From Candidatus Pacearchaeota archaeon (GTDB taxonomy: Archaea; Nanobdellota; Nanobdellia; Pacearchaeales; GW2011-AR1), in assembly GCA_041660485.1 (NCBI GenBank), contig JBAZWF010000001.1:179812-243811 (forward strand): a stretch of 64,000 bases of DNA, in the 5' to 3' direction. The position numbers and the translations under genes are program-made. Within the stretch, counting starts at the first letter, position 1; each line of letters begins with the position of its first letter. Below, in pieces: positions 9,808 through 18,868 of the stretch. Under the pieces are notes generated by a model. It was not told the DNA's origin. It ran no database searches and saw only the letters and a program-made list of their open reading frames with translations.

Positions 9808-10005
9808 TTATCTTAATTCTCCTATTGTTTTATTAAGTTCACAATTCTCGCCTCTTTGCAGACATTCTAAATTATAATGAACAACTAATGGTTCATTAGT
9901 TTCTCTTTGACCATTAATCATTGAAGTAACTCCCTTTGGAACTGAACATCTATCATAATTTTCACATATACGATGACCATGAATCGAGATTATTCCATTT
10001 GTCAT
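9808..10005 (-). CDS. Small Cys/His-containing protein (65 aa) embedded in a ribosomal protein operon
   Basis: ATGA overlap with the L35Ae stop. It ends 1 nt before the L10e start. GAGGT lies upstream. Cys pairs C-x5-C and C-x6-C. Confidence 0.5.
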   Translation of the reverse strand: MTNGIISIHGHRICENYDRCSVPKGVTSMINGQRETNEPLVVHYNLECLQRGENCELNKTIGELR

Positions 10006-10259
10006 TTTACTTCTACCTCAGTTGTTAGTGATTGTCCTGGAAGCCCTTTTTCAAATATTGCCCTTACAAGTCCTTTATTTCCGTGAGCTCCTGCTATTTT
10101 TCCTTTTATTACTTTTCCAGCAGGTGATTTCCATTCTACATCTTTCCCTGTAAATTTCTTTGCTTCTTCACGATTTTTTGCATTTACATCTATTAAAAAA
10201 TGCTTTTCATGAATAACATGTCTTCCACGTCTAAATTGTACAACAGTTCCTTTTGCCAT
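10002..10259 (-). CDS. rpl35ae: 50S ribosomal protein L35Ae (eL33)
   Basis: GKIAGAHGNKGLVRAIFEKGLPGQSL is typical of L35Ae. Confidence 0.85.
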   Translation of the reverse strand: MAKGTVVQFRRGRHVIHEKHFLIDVNAKNREEAKKFTGKDVEWKSPAGKVIKGKIAGAHGNKGLVRAIFEKGLPGQSLTTEVEVK

Positions 10260-10338
10260 TTTATTAGTATTCTTATCAGAAAAAGGTGGTTTAAAAAGGT
10301 TTTTAATTAGAAAAATCAGGTAAATTTTACAAGATTAT

Positions 10339-12126
10339 TTATAAAATAATCTCAAAATCACCTAACTCTTTTCTTAATATTTCAAAGACTTTAGAATTTG
10401 ATTTTACTTGTAATTTTCCTTTCTGCCCTGCAACTGCTTTTTCAAATTCTTCAATAGTTGAATCCTCAAGTTTATTTGTAATTTTTTTAATTTCTGTACC
10501 TCTAACAAGAAAAGTTCCTTGTTCTGTCATTAAAACTTCTGCTCTCTGGTCTTTACCATAAAGTATCTGCATTCTTGATTTGTCTATGGTTACTAAATCG
10601 CATCTTTGTCCATAGTCAATTAAATGATTAATAAGGATTGTTGAATCTTTTCTTGCATTCTCAACGTCATTCTTATGTATTTTTCCTTTTTTAAATTCAC
10701 TAATAGCTTTTTCAATATCTTTTAATGTTTGAAGCATTTTTGGAGGCATTTTTCCTTTTTTAACAAGCTCTTTATCAAATAAATCAATTAGTTGTAATTT
10801 TGATTTCTTTCCAAACAAATTTTCAAGAATTGTAAACACATCTTTTTCTATTTGCTCAACTAATTTTTTCTGGCTAATTTTTTCAATTTCTTCTCTTAAT
10901 TTCTTCATTCTTTTTACATAATCTTCAGTATCCTTTATCAGTTTGTCAACTTCTTCTCCTTTAATTTCTGTAATTTTCCCGTGTTCATAGTCCTTATATA
11001 TTTTAATTATATTGTCAAGAATATCAGCATATTTTTTTTCAAGAACTTTTTCTTTTTCTACAAATGTTTCTTTAAATATCTGAGCAGTATCTTTTGGAAC
11101 AGGCGGAGGAAGTCCGTATAACATTAACAATGCTTGTGAAGGAGTTATTACAGCCCAATAAATATCTCCTACAACAATATCTAACAATCTTCTTTTTGCA
11201 GTTTTATCTACTTTGTCTCCCATTGACATAAACATATCAATTGCTTCAGGAGATGGCTTGATTTTTCCCATTTTAAGAAGCAATTTCCAAGGAATAAATG
11301 TTCCTCTGTCATATAATGGAACTCCATCTCGGATAAAAGTAAACATAACTGGATGAGCATCTTTAACAGCTTCCCAGAAATCAGTTAAAAGATAAATTTG
11401 AGGTTCTAATTTATTTTTTGCTCCTGAAATTGCAGCAGCATCTGCAAGATATTGGTAAATAATACTTCTTAGTTTTTCTCTTAATTCTAAACGAGGCATT
11501 CTTTTTACATCTGTATCATCAATAATTATGAAAACATCAACATCAGAAGTTTTTGTTGCTGTTCCTCTAACAAGTGAACCTGCAATAACATAACTGCTTA
11601 CATATTTTTCAAACTTTCTCATTACTAAACTTTTATGAACTTCTGCAACTCTTAATGCTCCCAATAAACCTTTATCATATAACGGGAAAGACATTGCAAT
11701 TGCTGAACTAAATTCATATCTTGAATCCATTAAGAAATTCCAGATATCAACCGGAGTAATAATATGAAACCAAAGTTTTGGTTTAATAGATTTTGTAAAT
11801 TCAACAACTTCTTTTTTTATTTTAGGAATTTCTTTAAATTTTTCTTCTGGAACTAAAATCATTATATGAACTCTCTTGTCTTTTTTTTCAGATTCAGGAA
11901 TATCCTCTTCTTCTTCAATTTTAGGAATTGATTGAGGAGGCAATAGTCCAATAGCCAAAGTATACGAGAATTTTTTAAGAATAAATTTTTTAACCTTATC
12001 TAGCTCATCTTTTCTTTTTTCCATTTCTTTTCTTTCTGCTTCTGGCATTTCTGCAATTGCATCTTTAGCAACATATTTCTTAGAATCATTCAATTCTTTA
12101 TTAAGATTTTTTTCTTCGCTTACCAT
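10339..12126 (-). CDS. Nucleotidyltransferase-domain protein with a degenerate N-terminal NTase-like module, an active-looking NTase module and a HEPN-like helical C-terminus
   Basis: YVIAGSLVRGTATKTSDVDVFIIIDD; paralogous by eye to 196-1032. Confidence 0.75.
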   Translation of the reverse strand: MVSEEKNLNKELNDSKKYVAKDAIAEMPEAERKEMEKRKDELDKVKKFILKKFSYTLAIGLLPPQSIPKIEEEEDIPESEKKDKRVHIMILVPEEKFKEIPKIKKEVVEFTKSIKPKLWFHIITPVDIWNFLMDSRYEFSSAIAMSFPLYDKGLLGALRVAEVHKSLVMRKFEKYVSSYVIAGSLVRGTATKTSDVDVFIIIDDTDVKRMPRLELREKLRSIIYQYLADAAAISGAKNKLEPQIYLLTDFWEAVKDAHPVMFTFIRDGVPLYDRGTFIPWKLLLKMGKIKPSPEAIDMFMSMGDKVDKTAKRRLLDIVVGDIYWAVITPSQALLMLYGLPPPVPKDTAQIFKETFVEKEKVLEKKYADILDNIIKIYKDYEHGKITEIKGEEVDKLIKDTEDYVKRMKKLREEIEKISQKKLVEQIEKDVFTILENLFGKKSKLQLIDLFDKELVKKGKMPPKMLQTLKDIEKAISEFKKGKIHKNDVENARKDSTILINHLIDYGQRCDLVTIDKSRMQILYGKDQRAEVLMTEQGTFLVRGTEIKKITNKLEDSTIEEFEKAVAGQKGKLQVKSNSKVFEILRKELGDFEIIL

Positions 12127-12219
12127 TTTAACTATTTATTATTACTAACTTTCAGTGATTTATAAAATGTTTGGTTTATAAATATAAGTATATGTATTTT
12201 TCCTTAAAAAATATCTAGC

Positions 12220-14085
12220 CTATATTGACTCTTCTAATTTTTCCTTTAATATTTCAATAAATTTTTCCCATACAACTTCATAATTGTCGAAGTGTGCAAT
12301 AAAAGGATTTAGCATACAAAGTCTGAGAACTCGAACTTTTTTAACTTTTTTCCATTCTTTTTCTTCTATTCCTAATCTTTTTACAAATCCTAAAGGAGCA
12401 TTTCCATAATCTTCTACACTTAATTCAGTAGTTGAAGTAATCCAATCGTCTTTGTATACTGGCCCGCTTACATACGAAGATTTTTCATAAATTTTATAAT
12501 TTAATCCATTCATTTTTTCAAGATTTTTATTTCCCTTTTCATTAAAAGCCATGCAGACTATATTAAAATCTTGATCTAATATCAATGGTTCTAATAAAAA
12601 TTCTTTTCCTTTAACTTTCAATGATTTTATTTTTTTAAGAGAATTTGAAAACATTTGCGCTCCTTCAACACTTCTTCCAATTATCTGCCCATAACCACTT
12701 ATATTAAGAGGAATTAATCTGTGGCTTGCCCAGACTGCTGCTGCTGTTGCACCTGCCTTTGAACCTTCCATAATATATGAACCTAAAAGAACCGGAGCAT
12801 TTTTTCCTTTTTCAAAAAGATACGCTGCAAAATAAGAGATTAAATCTAGTATTCGCCTGTCTTTTATTGCAATTCCTCCTGCTGAATAAGGAATGTAACC
12901 CATTTTATGAGGGTCAATTGTAATTGAATCTGCAAAAGGAATTGCTTTATATGCTTCGTAAATTTCTTTTGAAGGATAATTATGACTTTTAACAAAAATT
13001 TTGTCTGAATATAATCTTTTTCTAAGATTGTTATAATCTATAAATTTATTTTTTTCATCTAAAAATAATGCTCTTGAATATCCGCCATATGCTGCATCAA
13101 CATGAAAATAAAATGAAATTCCTTTTTTCTCATAGCTTTCTTTTAATTTTGTAATTTCATGAATTTTATCAATTGCTCCTTCTTCTGTTGTTCCAACAAC
13201 TCCAACTACTGCGATTATTGGAATTTTTTTTGAAACATGTTCATCAATTGTTTTTTTAAGAATATTTATATCCATTCTGAAATGTTCATCTACCTGAATA
13301 GGTATGAAATTTTTATTTCCAATTCCTAAAATGTCTGCTGCTTTTACCCAAGAATAATGTTTTGATTGTGGAACAAGAACTACGCCTAATTTTCCTTCAC
13401 CTACTCCGGTTCCTCTTGCACTTTCATTTCTAACTTCATCAAAACATCCTGCTTTTTTTACTTTTTCAGCTAAATCTAATATTTTATTAATTGGCATATT
13501 CAAAAGTTGCCAGTCATTCATGCCTTTTACTAAAGATGGTTTTACTTTTTTTACTGCAAGTGGAAAAGATTTAATATTTCTTGCCATCCAAAGCCCTTCA
13601 TAATTTGCAATTGAACCATCAGTAGTTATATGCCCCCATGAATATTTTGTATCATAACCAAGTAAAAGCGAGAAATCCTGCCCAGCTTCAATTTCCATCG
13701 GAGAAGTTGCTGTTGAAGCTTCATATGCAACATTGTTTGGATTATAAAGCATTGTCGCCATATATGCAAGATTTGCAACCATTAAAGTATCTGAGTTCAT
13801 ATGGCCGAGATATCTTGCAGAAAACCATGGCATTGAAGTTGATTTAAGTTTTGCAGAAAGTTCGTGTAAAACTTCGGTTGTTTTAGCTAATGTTTCTTGA
13901 TATTCTTTATCTTCTATGTCTTTAATAGGAATTATTTCTTTATCTTCTGGATGAAAATCACTTCTCCAATGCATATGTTCATCCATTAAAAAATTAAGAG
14001 TATTTTTAAAATAGTCGCTGTTTTCAGATTTAGGTCCTAAAAAAAGTGCTTTAACATCTGTATCTTTTGATTTATTTTTTGTCAT
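12220..14085 (-). CDS. tdc: Group II PLP-dependent decarboxylase, tyrosine decarboxylase-like (enterococcal/lactobacillal TDC type, ~620 aa)
   Basis: GHMNSDTLMVANLAYMATMLYNPNNVAYEASTATSPME, WGHITTDGSIANYEGLWMARNIKSFPLAVKKVKP and PLP-lysine context DPHKMGYIPYSAGG closely resemble my recollection of Enterococcus TyrDC. Confidence 0.8.
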   Translation of the reverse strand: MTKNKSKDTDVKALFLGPKSENSDYFKNTLNFLMDEHMHWRSDFHPEDKEIIPIKDIEDKEYQETLAKTTEVLHELSAKLKSTSMPWFSARYLGHMNSDTLMVANLAYMATMLYNPNNVAYEASTATSPMEIEAGQDFSLLLGYDTKYSWGHITTDGSIANYEGLWMARNIKSFPLAVKKVKPSLVKGMNDWQLLNMPINKILDLAEKVKKAGCFDEVRNESARGTGVGEGKLGVVLVPQSKHYSWVKAADILGIGNKNFIPIQVDEHFRMDINILKKTIDEHVSKKIPIIAVVGVVGTTEEGAIDKIHEITKLKESYEKKGISFYFHVDAAYGGYSRALFLDEKNKFIDYNNLRKRLYSDKIFVKSHNYPSKEIYEAYKAIPFADSITIDPHKMGYIPYSAGGIAIKDRRILDLISYFAAYLFEKGKNAPVLLGSYIMEGSKAGATAAAVWASHRLIPLNISGYGQIIGRSVEGAQMFSNSLKKIKSLKVKGKEFLLEPLILDQDFNIVCMAFNEKGNKNLEKMNGLNYKIYEKSSYVSGPVYKDDWITSTTELSVEDYGNAPLGFVKRLGIEEKEWKKVKKVRVLRLCMLNPFIAHFDNYEVVWEKFIEILKEKLEESI

Positions 14086-15491
14086 TTCTTATTTAACTTT
14101 ATATTCTTTTTTTTAAAGTGATATATAATTAATGGAATTGCAACAACAACTATAGTTCCAATTAACATGAATATTGTGTAAAAGCCGGTTTTTTCTGCAA
14201 TTTGACTTGGTGGAAGAATTGCTAAAACAAAAAGGAATATCATTGAAATAAATCCAAATCCTGAAACAATCCACATCCCAACTTTTCCTCCTGGAATTGA
14301 AAATGATCTTTTTACTTCAGGATGACTGTATCTAAGTTTTATTGCTGCTGCATACATTAATAGATACATTATAATATAAACTGCTGTTGTTAATGCAAAA
14401 AGAATCCAGAATGAACTATTAACCCCTCCTGGAAGAAGTACATAAACAAGTCCCCAGAAAGTTATAAATATTGCTTGTAAAATTAATAGATTTGTAGGAA
14501 TCCCGTTTTTATTTTTCTTTTGCAGTATCTTTGGAAGAAGTCCTTCTTCTGCTGTAACAGAAAGTCCTCTTACTGGACCTAAAATCCAAGTAGAAACTTG
14601 CCCTACTGCACCGACAACAATTAAGAATGCAAATACTTTTACAAGCCATCCAAGGCCACTACCTTGAAAGATTAATTGGAATGTTTGCATTATTCCTCCA
14701 AGAAGATTTAAATTTTGAAGAGGAACAATCATTGAAACAATTAATGAACCTAAAATTCCAATTGTTACTGTTATTATTCCAACTATTAGAATTCCTAAAG
14801 GATAATTTCTCTGAACATTTTTAATTTCTCTTGCATGAGTAGCAGTCATTTCAATTCCAATAAATACAAAAATAAATGTTATAAGAAGAACAAGATTTTG
14901 GAGTGAAGAAAAATCAGGAATAAAATCTGAAAATGATGGACTAAGTGATAATTGAACTGGATTTCCTGAGAATATGTAAATAAGTCCGCCAATAATTAAA
15001 ACTGCTGCAGGAATAAATGTTCCTATAATAACTGAATAAGAACTTATTTTAGAATATGTTTTCATACCTCTAAAATTTAAGAAAGTAAATCCCCACCAAA
15101 TTACAACTATTATTAAAAATTGAAATAATTTATTTTCTGCAAAACTTGGATTAAAAAGATATGCCAGTGTCGCGGCAATAAATGTTAGAACTGAAATAAA
15201 ACCTATTGTCATTTGAAACCATTGGAGCCATACTGCAGTAAAACCCCATTTTTGTCCAAATGCTTCTTTTACCCAAACATAAACTCCGCCCTCTTTTGGC
15301 CAGCCGGTTGTAAGTTCTGCTGAAACAAAAGATGCTGGAATTAAATACATTATTATTGCTAAAATAGAAAATGCAATTAATTCCCATCCAACTACTCCTT
15401 GTGTTGGAAAAGTTCTAATGCTAACTAACGCTGCACATGTTAATAGAACAAATGCTGCAAGACTTAATTTAAATCCTTGTTTTAATGCCAT
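14082..15491 (-). CDS. APC-superfamily amino acid/amine antiporter (GadC/TyrP-like)
   Basis: About 12 TM segments. N-terminal region ELTTGWPKEGGVYVWVKEAFGQKWGF is typical of glutamate:GABA/tyrosine:tyramine antiporters. Its stop overlaps the decarboxylase start by 4 nt. Confidence 0.85.
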   Translation of the reverse strand: MALKQGFKLSLAAFVLLTCAALVSIRTFPTQGVVGWELIAFSILAIIMYLIPASFVSAELTTGWPKEGGVYVWVKEAFGQKWGFTAVWLQWFQMTIGFISVLTFIAATLAYLFNPSFAENKLFQFLIIVVIWWGFTFLNFRGMKTYSKISSYSVIIGTFIPAAVLIIGGLIYIFSGNPVQLSLSPSFSDFIPDFSSLQNLVLLITFIFVFIGIEMTATHAREIKNVQRNYPLGILIVGIITVTIGILGSLIVSMIVPLQNLNLLGGIMQTFQLIFQGSGLGWLVKVFAFLIVVGAVGQVSTWILGPVRGLSVTAEEGLLPKILQKKNKNGIPTNLLILQAIFITFWGLVYVLLPGGVNSSFWILFALTTAVYIIMYLLMYAAAIKLRYSHPEVKRSFSIPGGKVGMWIVSGFGFISMIFLFVLAILPPSQIAEKTGFYTIFMLIGTIVVVAIPLIIYHFKKKNIKLNKK

Positions 15492-15591
15492 CTCTTTTTT
15501 TACTACAATTAATATTAATAAATATTGTATATAAATGTTTTCTTAGAGTAAATTATTTTTTAGGTGCCATTCTTTGTTGATTGCCATTTTC

Positions 15592-16143
15592 TTATATAAC
15601 TTGTCCAAATTTTATATTTTTAGCAGTTTTCTTTATAAAATTATTAAGTCTATTTTGAAACATTTTTTTATCATAATTCCTTACATCCTCTATATATCCA
15701 ATTCTTACTCTTTTATAACCTAAGGAAAATTTTTGAAAGTTTTTCCATACCTGCTCATTTGATTTCAATGCTTGTAATATATCTCCAGCAATAGTAAACT
15801 TCTCCTTTCTATCAAATGAAATTGCTTTAAGTCCAATTGGAGTCATAAGTTTACTTTTTATGAGTCTCCGAACCCTTTCTTTATTCATCTCAGATATTGG
15901 ACTTCCTAGCCTACGTGGTGTGAATCTTTGGCAAAATTTTTCATCATCTATTCTTTTGGCTATGCTATCTATCCACCCATAGCAAAGTGCTTCTTCAACA
16001 GCATCATTGTAAAGGATTCTTAATTTACCTGATGATTTTCTGTAATAAATTAACCAGATTTCTTTTTCTTTATTATGATTATTTTGAAGCCATGAACGCC
16101 AATCATTCCTATTAATTACATAAAGTGTTTTTCCTAGTTTCAT
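15592..16143 (-). CDS. YdeI/OmpD-associated (OmdA) family protein
   Basis: WRSWLQNNH...EIWLIYYRK...YNDAVEEALCYGWIDS pattern. Confidence 0.65.
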   Translation of the reverse strand: MKLGKTLYVINRNDWRSWLQNNHNKEKEIWLIYYRKSSGKLRILYNDAVEEALCYGWIDSIAKRIDDEKFCQRFTPRRLGSPISEMNKERVRRLIKSKLMTPIGLKAISFDRKEKFTIAGDILQALKSNEQVWKNFQKFSLGYKRVRIGYIEDVRNYDKKMFQNRLNNFIKKTAKNIKFGQVI

Positions 16144-16146
16144 ATT

Positions 16147-16482
16147 TTAAACTAAATTAATCTTACTCATAGCTTCTTTTATCTTAGGAAGCTCATTAAG
16201 TGTAGTTATCCAAATCTTGTTAAGACTAATTTCAAAATAGGAATGAGTCATAAGATCTCTGAATTGTTCCATTCTCAGCCAAGGAACTTGTTTGTTTTTT
16301 TCTTTTAGAGCTCTTGGAATATTCCGGCTTGCTTCGCCGACAATTTCAAAACGCCTTACTACGGCATCTTGCAATTTTTTGTCTTTCTTAAATTCTTCTT
16401 CAGAAATATCTTTCATATATTCTTCTATTTGTTTTATGCTCTCACGAATATCATTAATAAAAAGTTTATAATCTCTTTTCAT
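16147..16482 (-). CDS. hepT: HepT-like HEPN (DUF86) toxin
   Basis: RRFEIVGEASRNIP ... LMTHSY (R-x4-H type motif). 4-nt overlap with the upstream NTase gene. Confidence 0.85.
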   Translation of the reverse strand: MKRDYKLFINDIRESIKQIEEYMKDISEEEFKKDKKLQDAVVRRFEIVGEASRNIPRALKEKNKQVPWLRMEQFRDLMTHSYFEISLNKIWITTLNELPKIKEAMSKINLV

Positions 16483-16775
16483 TGTAAAATTCTTATTTCA
16501 TCATTTAAGATAGTTTCTCGCAATTCTTTCCTTATAGTTTCATACTCAACTAAATCTACTTTTCTTTTAACTACCCTTTGAAGCATTAGCTTAAGACCTA
16601 TAAATTCCAGCAATCCCATCTCATCTCCAGTTTTAACAAGTATATCCACATCACTATTTTTCTTTTGTTCTCCCCTTGCATAACTTCCAAAAATTCCGGC
16701 TTTAGTTATTCTATATTCTCTCAACACAGGAATTATTTTATTTTTTATTTTTTCTATTTCTTTATTAGCTTCCAT
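16479..16775 (-). CDS. mntA: MntA-like minimal nucleotidyltransferase antitoxin
   Basis: GIFGSYARGEQKKNSDVDILV. Confidence 0.85.
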   Translation of the reverse strand: MEANKEIEKIKNKIIPVLREYRITKAGIFGSYARGEQKKNSDVDILVKTGDEMGLLEFIGLKLMLQRVVKRKVDLVEYETIRKELRETILNDEIRILQ

Positions 16776-16850
16776 ATTAATCCAACATCTATCCAGTTTT
16801 TAAGGTTTTCTTAGAAAATTTAGCATACAAGGAATATATAAAAAACTAAT

Positions 16851-16935
16851 GGGCCTGCGAGAAGTTGAACCTTGGAATACTCCGGGTAAACAGATGTATT
16901 CTAAAGGTAATTTTTGTAACGAGCTATTAATTTTT
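16851..16935. repeat. Copy 1 of a ~85-90-bp diverged repeat (partner 17581-17670)
   Basis: About 70% identity by eye: GGnCCTGnAGAnAnTTGAAC ... GTAAA ... CTAAAnGG(G)AATnTTT ... TAAnGAGnTA ... TTAAT. Confidence 0.6.
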
Positions 16936-16944
16936 GAGCTAAAT

Positions 16945-17187
16945 TTATTTCTTCTTCAATTTGATAATTACATCAATAATTGCCAATAAAACGCCTATTC
17001 CCATTAAGCTATAACATACTAATCTACTTTGTCCAAAGACAATCCCAGCTATAATAAATCCAAACGCTAATCCTGCTAATGGAGTTAGTGGTTTTTGCTT
17101 TTTGTTTTTTCTAACAAAAAATACTAAAATAGCGATTATCAATAAAACTATTATTAAAATTAAAATGTAAATTTGAGATGCTTCCAT
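16945..17187 (-). CDS. Small membrane protein (80 aa)
   Basis: Two to three hydrophobic helices; ORF only. Confidence 0.45.
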   Translation of the reverse strand: MEASQIYILILIIVLLIIAILVFFVRKNKKQKPLTPLAGLAFGFIIAGIVFGQSRLVCYSLMGIGVLLAIIDVIIKLKKK

Positions 17188-17229
17188 TTATTATCCACCA
17201 ATTTTTACTATATAATCTTTTCTGATTTT

Positions 17230-17532
17230 CTAACGAGCTGTTTCAACATATCTGAAATCATTTGCATATGCTCCAGGTTCACTACGTTCTGTTTTTAAAT
17301 ATAACATTATTCTTCCACAAGGCCATTGACCTATCCAAGAAATTGTAAACGGTCCTTCACCACCAAGCCAGTTTTTTAAAAAATCATAATGTTCTTGAGC
17401 CATAAAATTTTCATATGTTGCTGATTCTTTATGAGGAGGCAATAATCCAACTAAGTCTCCAGCCTTAACAATTCTTCTTTTACCTTCATCATCTAAAACA
17501 AATACTTCATTAAGTTTTCTTGGATTTCCCAT
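17230..17532 (-). CDS. Hypothetical protein (100 aa)
   Basis: ORF with plausible composition; no motif recognised. Confidence 0.5.
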   Translation of the reverse strand: MGNPRKLNEVFVLDDEGKRRIVKAGDLVGLLPPHKESATYENFMAQEHYDFLKNWLGGEGPFTISWIGQWPCGRIMLYLKTERSEPGAYANDFRYVETAR

Positions 17533-17580
17533 ATAAATTTAGTTCACTTTGGATTTTTAAAAATTTGTATAGTAGAAATA

Positions 17581-17670
17581 TGGTCCTGAAGAGAATTGAA
17601 CTGGTAGATAGATAATGTAAATGAATATATCCTAAAAGGGAATCTTTTTTAATGAGTTACTTAATATTTT
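17581..17670. repeat. Copy 2 of the ~85-90-bp diverged repeat
   Basis: See 16851-16935. Confidence 0.6.
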
Positions 17671-17733
17671 GTTAACTCTTACTGGTAGTAACAAGTAGAA
17701 AACTTTAAAAAGAGCGCAAAATACATTTTCATT

Positions 17734-18591
17734 ATGACTAGAAAAAAAGTTTTGGGTTTGGTTTTAGTTGTATCTTCTTTAATTGGATGTACAGAAAAAC
17801 CACAAAATCTCCCATTATTCAAGGTTGAATGCGATACATCCCCCCAAGTTTATTTGTCTAGTGTCAATTCTAAAAGAGAGGACATAGAGCATCTAATAAA
17901 ACTAATAAATACAAAATATGGGCTAAATGTTGAATCATTATGTAAAGACGAGGATAGATTATTAAGTGCTTTAAAAAGATTAGATTATTGTTTAGGAGAT
18001 ATATACTCTGGACTTATTTCCGATACTAAGAATATTAGAATTAAAGATATTGATGAAGAACCTAACCTTATTACAGCTCAAGCTTTTCCATCTGAAAAAC
18101 TAATAGAAGTTTCCCCCTATAAAGTTATTGCTCCAAGAATACTTGCTCATGAATTCACACATGTAAAAGCAGAAAATTCTCCAGAGTTTAAAGAAAAATG
18201 GATGAAATTAATTAAAAGCTTTCCTAGTGATAAAAAACTTAAAAGGACAAATTCCAATCAATTTCCTTTTAGGGGATTTATGACAATGTATGGTTCTAAT
18301 CCAAATTTTGAAGAAGTTATTGCTACTAGCACTTTTCCTAAAAGATTATCTAAGAAAAAAAATGGAAAAGTAATTGTTTCTACATATAGGGATGATGCCC
18401 CAGAATATATTGCATCAATTTATCATAGTTCAAGAGAAGACTCTCAATTTATATATGCAGACCCAAATGATGAGGCCTATACAAATAAATTAAAATTGCT
18501 TAGAGAATATAACTTTATGTCTCCTCAACAATATTCAGAAGTATTGAATGAATTAGGGATAAATAAAAAATATCCAATTAAAAAACCTTAA
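17734..18591 (+). CDS. Putative lipoprotein with an HExxH zinc-metalloprotease-like motif
   Basis: Lipobox-like LVVSSLIGC near the N-terminus; ILAHEFTHV. Confidence 0.55.
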   Translation: MTRKKVLGLVLVVSSLIGCTEKPQNLPLFKVECDTSPQVYLSSVNSKREDIEHLIKLINTKYGLNVESLCKDEDRLLSALKRLDYCLGDIYSGLISDTKNIRIKDIDEEPNLITAQAFPSEKLIEVSPYKVIAPRILAHEFTHVKAENSPEFKEKWMKLIKSFPSDKKLKRTNSNQFPFRGFMTMYGSNPNFEEVIATSTFPKRLSKKKNGKVIVSTYRDDAPEYIASIYHSSREDSQFIYADPNDEAYTNKLKLLREYNFMSPQQYSEVLNELGINKKYPIKKP

Positions 18592-18605
18592 AAAATTTGT
18601 CTTTA

Positions 18606-18676
18606 TGGGCGCTGGAGGAATCGGACCTCCGTCATCTCGGTGTAAACGAGAGGGTCTACCATTAGCCTAAGCGCCC
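18606..18676 (-). tRNA. tRNA-Val (anticodon UAC), intron-less
   Basis: On the reverse complement: acceptor GGGCGCT/AGCGCCC, anticodon arm TCTCG-TTTACAC-CGAGA, T arm GGAGG-TCCGATT-CCTCC, discriminator A. Confidence 0.85.
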
Positions 18677-18736
18677 ATATTAAATATTATATCAAAGTCT
18701 TTTTAAATGTTAAGTTTATTATATTTTAGTAATAAT

Positions 18737-18868
18737 GCGCTGCTAGTTTACCGGTAGAATTCGTCCTTGCCAATAACAACTTTTCTTTAAAAAAGAAAAG
18801 TTCTTAGAGTCAAAAGAAAGAATAGAAGCAAAAAGGACGGGAACCGGGTTCAATTCCCGGGTGGCGCA
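18737..18868 (+). tRNA. tRNA-Gly (anticodon GCC) with a ~61-nt intron at or next to the canonical 37/38 position (about 18774-18834)
   Basis: Acceptor GCGCTGC/GTGGCGC (two G-U pairs), anticodon arm CGTCC-TTGCCAA-[intron]-GGACG, T arm CCGGG-TTCAATT-CCCGG, discriminator A. Confidence 0.8.

Noticed and set aside
16851-17670. tRNA halves or split tRNA genes suggested by GTTCAA(C/T)T T-loop-like motifs and ...AGG(C/A)CCA ends on the minus strand
   Set aside because: The flanking 5-mers do not pair as a T stem, and no acceptor, D or anticodon arms can be drawn.
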